DNA of 64,000 bases from an uncultured Bdellovibrionales bacterium (GTDB taxonomy: Bacteria; Patescibacteriota; Minisyncoccia; Moranbacterales; UBA1568): positions 15,301-79,300 of the forward strand of contig CAZQWS010000003.1 of NCBI GenBank assembly GCA_964597355.1, read 5' to 3'. Below, piece by piece: positions 58,982 to 64,000 of the stretch (positions are counted from its first letter, which is position 1; each line of letters starts with the position of its first letter). A program made the position numbers and the translations under genes. Below the pieces are notes generated by a model. The model worked only from the letters and a program-made list of their open reading frames with translations, was not told the origin of the DNA and searched no databases.

Positions 58982-59010
58982 TATTATACACCTTTTTAGT
59001 GTTTTTTACA
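58982..59010 (-). promoter_or_regulatory. sigma70-like promoter TTGTAA-17-TATAAT upstream of DGR target gene
   Basis: Minus strand reads cTTGTAAaaaacactaaaaaggtgTATAATaattag. -35 at 59005-59010, -10 at 58982-58987, about 210 nt upstream of the start. Confidence 0.4.
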
Positions 59011-59072
59011 AGAGCAGGGAGATGCCAAAATAAGCCATTACACGGTTACTTGGAAGCCGAACTTCCAAGTAG

Positions 59073-60797
59073 TTACCAGTCCCCTTTTTCGGGATGGTCT
59101 TGGGTAAGTGCGACGGTTTCCGGTCGGCGAAATACTCGACAAAGGATGAAACGACGAATATCCTCGTACTCAGGCAAATGATACCAGGCTGAAAGAGCTA
59201 CATAGGTTCCCAGGCCAATGACAAGGCCAAGGCCGAGCTTCACCAAAACCTCAACAAATGTATCAAGACGATCAATAGTGAGCGCAAAAAGTCCCTTGGA
59301 AAGTTGGGCTACAAGTGCCGCTGCAAGAGCAATGAACAAAATCTTAAAGAGAGGCGCAAAAAACTTGAAGTCACTCCAACTCGCAAGTCGCTGCCGAAGA
59401 AAGACATACAGGAAGAGAAGTTGTACAGTAACACCAATCGAAAAAGCTAAACCTAGTCCAAAGACTTCAAAACGGGGGAGAAAAAACGGGACCAGTCCCA
59501 AATGTACTGTTTCACCCACCAGCGCAGCTATCAAAGGAAGTCTCGTATCTTGTAATGCGAAAAAGGCACGCACAAAAAGAGGGATCAGGCACTGAGCAAA
59601 AAGTGAGAGCGAGAGGATGCCTAATATCTGAAATGTCAGGATTGTATCTTCCCAGTTAAAGGCTCCTGTACCAAGGACTATACGGACAATTTCCGCTCGA
59701 AAGATAATCATAAAGAGCGAGAGCGGTATAACGAAGTAAAGAATACGTTGCACAGTACGATTAAAGATTTCAAAAAAGTCTTTAATCGCACCTTTTCCGG
59801 CAAATGAAGACAGGACTGGGAAAGCAGCTACCGCAAATGAAATACCGAAAAGACCAAGTGGCACACTTTGAATATTGGTGGCTAGAGTTACCACTGCGAG
59901 ACTTCCCGAAGCCAAGGTTGAAGCGAACACCGTAACGATAAGAAGGCTGATTTGATTGATAGCCATAGCTAGTGAGCGTGGAATCATCAGTCGTACCACT
60001 TGGCGAGTTGAAGCATCAAGTAAATGCTTCCAGTGGAACCTGCGATATTGGTAGCCAGCATGAGTCACAGCCGGATACTGAACTAAGACATGGAGAAATG
60101 CTCCGAGCACAACGCCCCAAGCCAAGCCAGCTATTCCAAAGTAGGGAACAAAACAAACAATCCCAATAATAATACCAACATTATAAAAAATGGGTGCTAG
60201 TGAGTATGCAAGAAAACGCTTCAAAGAAATAAGCACCCCACCAAACACTGCCGAGAGTGCGAGGAGAACAGGCGACAACAGCATAATGCGAGTGAGGGTA
60301 GCCACAAGGGCTTGTTTCTCCTCTGGAAAACCTGGAGCAATCCAGGTAGCTACCCACGGAGCAAAGAGAATACCAAGAAGCGCTGCACCGCCGAGAGTTA
60401 GGAGAAGAAGATAGAGGACGCTATGCATAAGCCGCCAGGCTTCATTTTCTTTATCCTTGCCCATAAGCTCGGTAAAGACTGGAACAAAAGCTGCCGAGAG
60501 CGCTCCGAGTACAAGAAAGCCGTAAATAAAATCCGGCAAACGAAAAGCGGCATAATAGGCATCAAGCGTGTCACCAGCACCAAAAGAAGAGGCGAGGAGA
60601 CGGTCACGGACGAAACCAAGCACTCGACTCATTACTCCGGCGAGTGCGATAATAAAAGCTGCTCCACCAAGAGAGGCCACAGGCAACCGACTCTGTCGCA
60701 ACCATTTCAGAAAGAAAAATTTCACAATAAGGAAAATTATATTTTGATCAATCCTGACACCAAGACTCAATACTCTTACTACCCCAACCCCTCTCAA
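59073..60797 (-). CDS. murJ: lipid II flippase MurJ (MviN)
   Basis: 14-TM protein with 'SRVLGFVRDRLLASSFGAGDTLDAYYAAFRLPD' near the N-terminus. Start uncertain: the track ORF begins at 60797 and alternative starts lie downstream. A hairpin (cttggaag-ccgaa-cttccaag, about 59049-59069) follows the stop. Confidence 0.7.
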   Translation of the reverse strand: MRGVGVVRVLSLGVRIDQNIIFLIVKFFFLKWLRQSRLPVASLGGAAFIIALAGVMSRVLGFVRDRLLASSFGAGDTLDAYYAAFRLPDFIYGFLVLGALSAAFVPVFTELMGKDKENEAWRLMHSVLYLLLLTLGGAALLGILFAPWVATWIAPGFPEEKQALVATLTRIMLLSPVLLALSAVFGGVLISLKRFLAYSLAPIFYNVGIIIGIVCFVPYFGIAGLAWGVVLGAFLHVLVQYPAVTHAGYQYRRFHWKHLLDASTRQVVRLMIPRSLAMAINQISLLIVTVFASTLASGSLAVVTLATNIQSVPLGLFGISFAVAAFPVLSSFAGKGAIKDFFEIFNRTVQRILYFVIPLSLFMIIFRAEIVRIVLGTGAFNWEDTILTFQILGILSLSLFAQCLIPLFVRAFFALQDTRLPLIAALVGETVHLGLVPFFLPRFEVFGLGLAFSIGVTVQLLFLYVFLRQRLASWSDFKFFAPLFKILFIALAAALVAQLSKGLFALTIDRLDTFVEVLVKLGLGLVIGLGTYVALSAWYHLPEYEDIRRFILCRVFRRPETVALTQDHPEKGDW

Positions 60798-60859
60798 TCT
60801 ATCAGAATCAACCTCTTTTCAGAGAGGATCACCGGTAGTAAGTTCGCATGGGAAGTTCT

Positions 60860-62956
60860 TCACTTTCTATTCGTGTCAAAAACAGTTCCAGCAAAGATCG
60901 TATGGTCCAATATTGTATTCAATTTGAGAGCTCGCCCGTACGGTACCAAATTTTCAGCGCTCTGCCAAATAGATTTCCAATACTCAGGGTATTCAATCTG
61001 GCTTGAAAGCTTTGCCCCAACTGTTCCCGCCTGCTTCTGATACAACACCGAAAAAGGTACCATCCCAGTTACCCCATCCTTCACTACCGCTAGTCGGAAT
61101 GGCAGACGGTATCGATACGTCACTGTCACATTTTCCCCCGGACTGACATATACCCAATTCCCAAACACCGTCTTCCCAAATTCCTCTCCGATGCGGGTAC
61201 CGCTCGCCTCATCAACCCTTATCAGACTTTCTTCTTTAACTACCTCCTCATCACGTCGAAAGTCGAGCGCATCATAATCCAACGGTGGTACTGGAAATTC
61301 GCGAGTCATCCCCTCAGCAGAGAGAAGCTCGGAACCGAGCGGTACATAGACCCGCATGTAATTGGCGTTAACCTTATTCCACCATTCGTACGGGGTATCT
61401 CCACCCCGATGTTCTCGAGTTACCGTCAATGTATCAATAATAGACCCATCTGCTTGAATGCTCATCGCATGACGAATAACGTCGTCGACCACACCATCTG
61501 TTTTATAGCCATTGATATTGGCGTGAATAACCGATAGATAGTCATACGGGGTAGAGAGCATCGTCCCAGACCAGCCTGAAGCATTAATAAGTTCTTGAGC
61601 CTTGGGCTCGCGAGCATAGAGCAAAATATGCCGTTCATTGAGCAGCGATACAAATGCATCAGCCAATTGAAGAAACGTTTCTTCTTTGGGCGCGCTTACT
61701 AATCGATCCAAAATGACTCCCGTAAGATCCCCCAATATCTTCTTAGGTGTATTCTCTTCTTTGTTATACTTTACTTCCACCTCTTCTTGGATCAGCGACA
61801 TGAAATTCTCTTTATCGACAGTTACTCCATACTCAGGAAGATTTATCGGCCCAATGATCTCGAGTAGGCGGGCAAGTACCACTGGCGTAAGCGCCACCAC
61901 TCCATCCGTCGTTGGTCCGCCAGTTTTCTCATAAAAAAACATGGCTTTTTCAGCGGACGTAGGAAAATCAGGAAACCAATTACTATCATGCAAACTCCAG
62001 CCAGCGCTAATCTTCTGAATAGGAGCTGGAGGCACGATATTCTCTTTGAGCTGCCCATCCGGATTAAAAATTCCATCTACGAAAAAACGTCGAATCTTCC
62101 CGTTATTAATATCAAGCAGCGCATAGCTCCCGATAAAACCTCCCGTCGGTCGTAATTCATGATTGTTCTGAAAAAGAAAGAGATACACTCTCGGACCGTT
62201 TTTACCAAGCAACTCTTGCAAGAGGTTAGTGTGTTCTCCAGAAAGTGTGAGTGTCTGAGCTAATACCGTAAGTAAGCGTTCTCCTCGCGAAAAGCTTTCA
62301 CGCTTTTCTTCAGGGATACTCTCCAAATCAACATACTGAAAAAGCCTCACCGCCTCTTGAAACTCTTTTCCTCCAGTCTCAAGCACTGGCTCCCCAGCCA
62401 CCAAAAGATCAAGTAACGATAATTCACTTTGGTGAAGCCGTTGTTTGGATTCAAAGAGTAGTACCGTCAAAGCCTGCGCCCCCTTGGTAAGATGCATCCC
62501 TGCTTGCATCAGCGCCACTCCACTCACTCCTTCTCCAAGGCCTGGAATAAGATTGAGCATCGGGAGGAGTTGCGCTGTCCCAAACAAGAGTTTCTGTCCG
62601 CGCTCAAAGTGTTCCTCAGCTCGACGCAACTCCATCTGACTTGCTTGCAAATCGTTGGTCCGAAGTAAACTTGCAGCCTTCTCCATGGCCTGATAACCTG
62701 CTTCCCCTTCGGCCATCACTCGTTCTTTCCAGTATGTCCCACCAAAAAACACCCCTACTCCTATCAAAGCTACTCCTCCCCAAAACCAGGGTGAACTCGC
62801 GTGCCAAGATGGTTTGGACCTAGTGTGCCCAAGTTGGACTGATACTTTTGGTACAGCCAACACAACCGATTTTTTAAAAATCGGAGACTCAGGCCGAGGA
62901 GAGATCGAACCGGTAGACTCCTCAAAAGATCGAGAGATCGGACGAATATCACGCAT
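60860..62956 (-). CDS. DUF4012-like membrane-anchored protein (second, longer paralog)
   Basis: N-terminal TM 'WFWGGVALIGVGVFFGG' and motif 'NNHELRPTGGFIGSYALLDINNGKIRRFFVDGIFNPDG', matching 2930..4309. Confidence 0.55.
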   Translation of the reverse strand: MRDIRPISRSFEESTGSISPRPESPIFKKSVVLAVPKVSVQLGHTRSKPSWHASSPWFWGGVALIGVGVFFGGTYWKERVMAEGEAGYQAMEKAASLLRTNDLQASQMELRRAEEHFERGQKLLFGTAQLLPMLNLIPGLGEGVSGVALMQAGMHLTKGAQALTVLLFESKQRLHQSELSLLDLLVAGEPVLETGGKEFQEAVRLFQYVDLESIPEEKRESFSRGERLLTVLAQTLTLSGEHTNLLQELLGKNGPRVYLFLFQNNHELRPTGGFIGSYALLDINNGKIRRFFVDGIFNPDGQLKENIVPPAPIQKISAGWSLHDSNWFPDFPTSAEKAMFFYEKTGGPTTDGVVALTPVVLARLLEIIGPINLPEYGVTVDKENFMSLIQEEVEVKYNKEENTPKKILGDLTGVILDRLVSAPKEETFLQLADAFVSLLNERHILLYAREPKAQELINASGWSGTMLSTPYDYLSVIHANINGYKTDGVVDDVIRHAMSIQADGSIIDTLTVTREHRGGDTPYEWWNKVNANYMRVYVPLGSELLSAEGMTREFPVPPLDYDALDFRRDEEVVKEESLIRVDEASGTRIGEEFGKTVFGNWVYVSPGENVTVTYRYRLPFRLAVVKDGVTGMVPFSVLYQKQAGTVGAKLSSQIEYPEYWKSIWQSAENLVPYGRALKLNTILDHTIFAGTVFDTNRK

Positions 62957-63085
62957 ACCAGGTACTTGACGTTCGATTTTTTGGTTTTATATACCCACAC
63001 TTTCAACCAGACCAAGACACCTAAGCTTTTGCTTTTGAGAAAATTGGTCTCTCTAGCCAAACTCTTAGTACCTAGCCTACCTACG

Positions 63086-64000
63086 TTATCTTGTTTCTCT
63101 ATGATACTGCCGAAGCGTAACAACTGCCATACTTGCCCATGAAAACTGTTTCACGCGTTTGTATCCGAGAGCGATCATTCGCTGGCGCAAGCCTTCATTT
63201 CTGCCAATCATTTCAAGCTTATCTCTCGTTTCCTTCAGGTTTTTTGGATTAAAAAAAATCCCCGCCTCCCCCACAACCTCCGGCAAAGCTCCAGCTCGAG
63301 CCGAGACTACTGGCGTACCAAAAGTAAGTGCCTCTAGAGCTGGCAATCCAAACCCCTCGTATAGTGATGGGAAAAAGTAGCTCTCCGCTTCTCGGTACAG
63401 CGTAGGTAACAGTCGGTCAGACACAAAGCCAACAAAGCGGACATTGTTGAGGTGTTCATTCTTCACTCTTTCTTTCAGACCGCGGTAGAAATAATCTTCA
63501 CGTCCAACACAAACAAAAAGTTTTTCCGGTAAACAAGAGGCTACCCGAAGCAAAAGCTCAAGGTTCTTATGCGGATAGGCATTCCCTACGTAGAGCACAT
63601 ATGGCTTACCTTCACCTCGAAAGTTCAACCCGAGCATTTGAAGCGCCACTTGTTCCTCTTCCTTGGAGACAAGTGGGCAAACAGCATCGGCTGCCTCGTA
63701 CGCTACACAGATTTTCCCTACTGCTTTGGGATAAACCGTAATCAAGTCTCTTCTGGTAAACTCTGAGACAGTAAAAATGGTACGTGCACGCTTAATAGCG
63801 CTCCCAATCACTATTCGATAGAGTAAATATTTGACCCAATACAAGAAAGGGGGGAGCTCCGATGCTTTCACTGTCGGGTAGTGAAGTAAAATCAAGTCAT
63901 GAATAGTCACCACGAAAGGACGCTTGTAGAAAAGCGGCACATTGAAATGAGGGAAGTGCATGAGGTCAACTCTGAAGCGCCGTAGGAGTCGCGGGAACAA
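63086..64000 (-). CDS. glycosyltransferase, GT4 family (C-terminal part; 5' end beyond window)
   Basis: 'PSLYEGFGLPALEALTFGTPVVSARAGALPEVVGE' GT4 motif. The ORF is open at the window edge. Confidence 0.7.
   Translation of the reverse strand: MFPRLLRRFRVDLMHFPHFNVPLFYKRPFVVTIHDLILLHYPTVKASELPPFLYWVKYLLYRIVIGSAIKRARTIFTVSEFTRRDLITVYPKAVGKICVAYEAADAVCPLVSKEEEQVALQMLGLNFRGEGKPYVLYVGNAYPHKNLELLLRVASCLPEKLFVCVGREDYFYRGLKERVKNEHLNNVRFVGFVSDRLLPTLYREAESYFFPSLYEGFGLPALEALTFGTPVVSARAGALPEVVGEAGIFFNPKNLKETRDKLEMIGRNEGLRQRMIALGYKRVKQFSWASMAVVTLRQYHRETR

Noticed and set aside
63235-63260. T8/A8 homopolymer with flanking ggatt/aatcc inverted repeat inside GT4 gene
   Set aside because: Encodes the in-frame FFNPKN. 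Homopolymers of this length are frequent in AT-rich coding sequence. Not distinctive enough to call phase variation.

Overview
This 64 kb window reads like a low-GC (about 48-55%), gene-dense genome, with nearly all genes on the minus strand. It looks like a Patescibacteria/CPR-type organism; that is an inference from gene content, not a computed result. Recognisable blocks are: (i) cell-envelope and division genes (murG, ftsW, PBP2, mreBCD, class-A PBP, murJ, mltG, rseP); (ii) a large surface-polysaccharide set, with at least seven GT4-type glycosyltransferases, an O-antigen-ligase-like protein, three Wzz/PCP-like bitopic proteins, a UDP-sugar epimerase and two DUF4012-type paralogs; (iii) housekeeping genes (trmD, frr, serS, lysS, greA, lepA, dnaJ, trxA, recJ, rnhA, tRNA-Lys(UUU), tRNA-Val(CAC)); (iv) a MacAB-like efflux module. 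The standout is a complete diversity-generating retroelement (DGR) at about 56.2-58.8 kb. It comprises a reverse transcriptase with the DGR-type 'LGNLTSQ' motif-4, an Avd-like four-helix-bundle gene, a 112-bp template repeat (TR), and a 112-bp variable repeat (VR) at the 3' end of a C-type-lectin-like target gene. TR and VR differ at 16 positions, and all 16 are TR adenines on the coding strand. Two things are unusual. The avd gene is on the opposite strand and overlaps the 5' end of the RT ORF by about 100 bp. That overlap also holds a C8/G8 homopolymer. Other notable signals: a GC-rich (up to about 70%) block of four exported proteins (one with LysM) inserted between the O-antigen-ligase gene and a Wzz-like gene, carrying its own near-consensus promoter and paired GGGGA-N-TCCCC inverted repeats; a 4x heptanucleotide tandem repeat (CAATCAG) inside a glycosyltransferase ORF, a candidate phase-variation site; a DDE transposase C-terminal fragment and a truncated NYN-domain ORF (pseudogenes); a roughly 580-nt ORF-free region upstream of serS; and a structured, terminator-bounded non-coding stretch downstream of tRNA-Val. 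Coordinates come from the ORF track plus manual reading. Start codons are often reassigned to the first ATG when the track ORF began on TTG/GTG. Hand-derived positions may be off by 1-2 nt in places.
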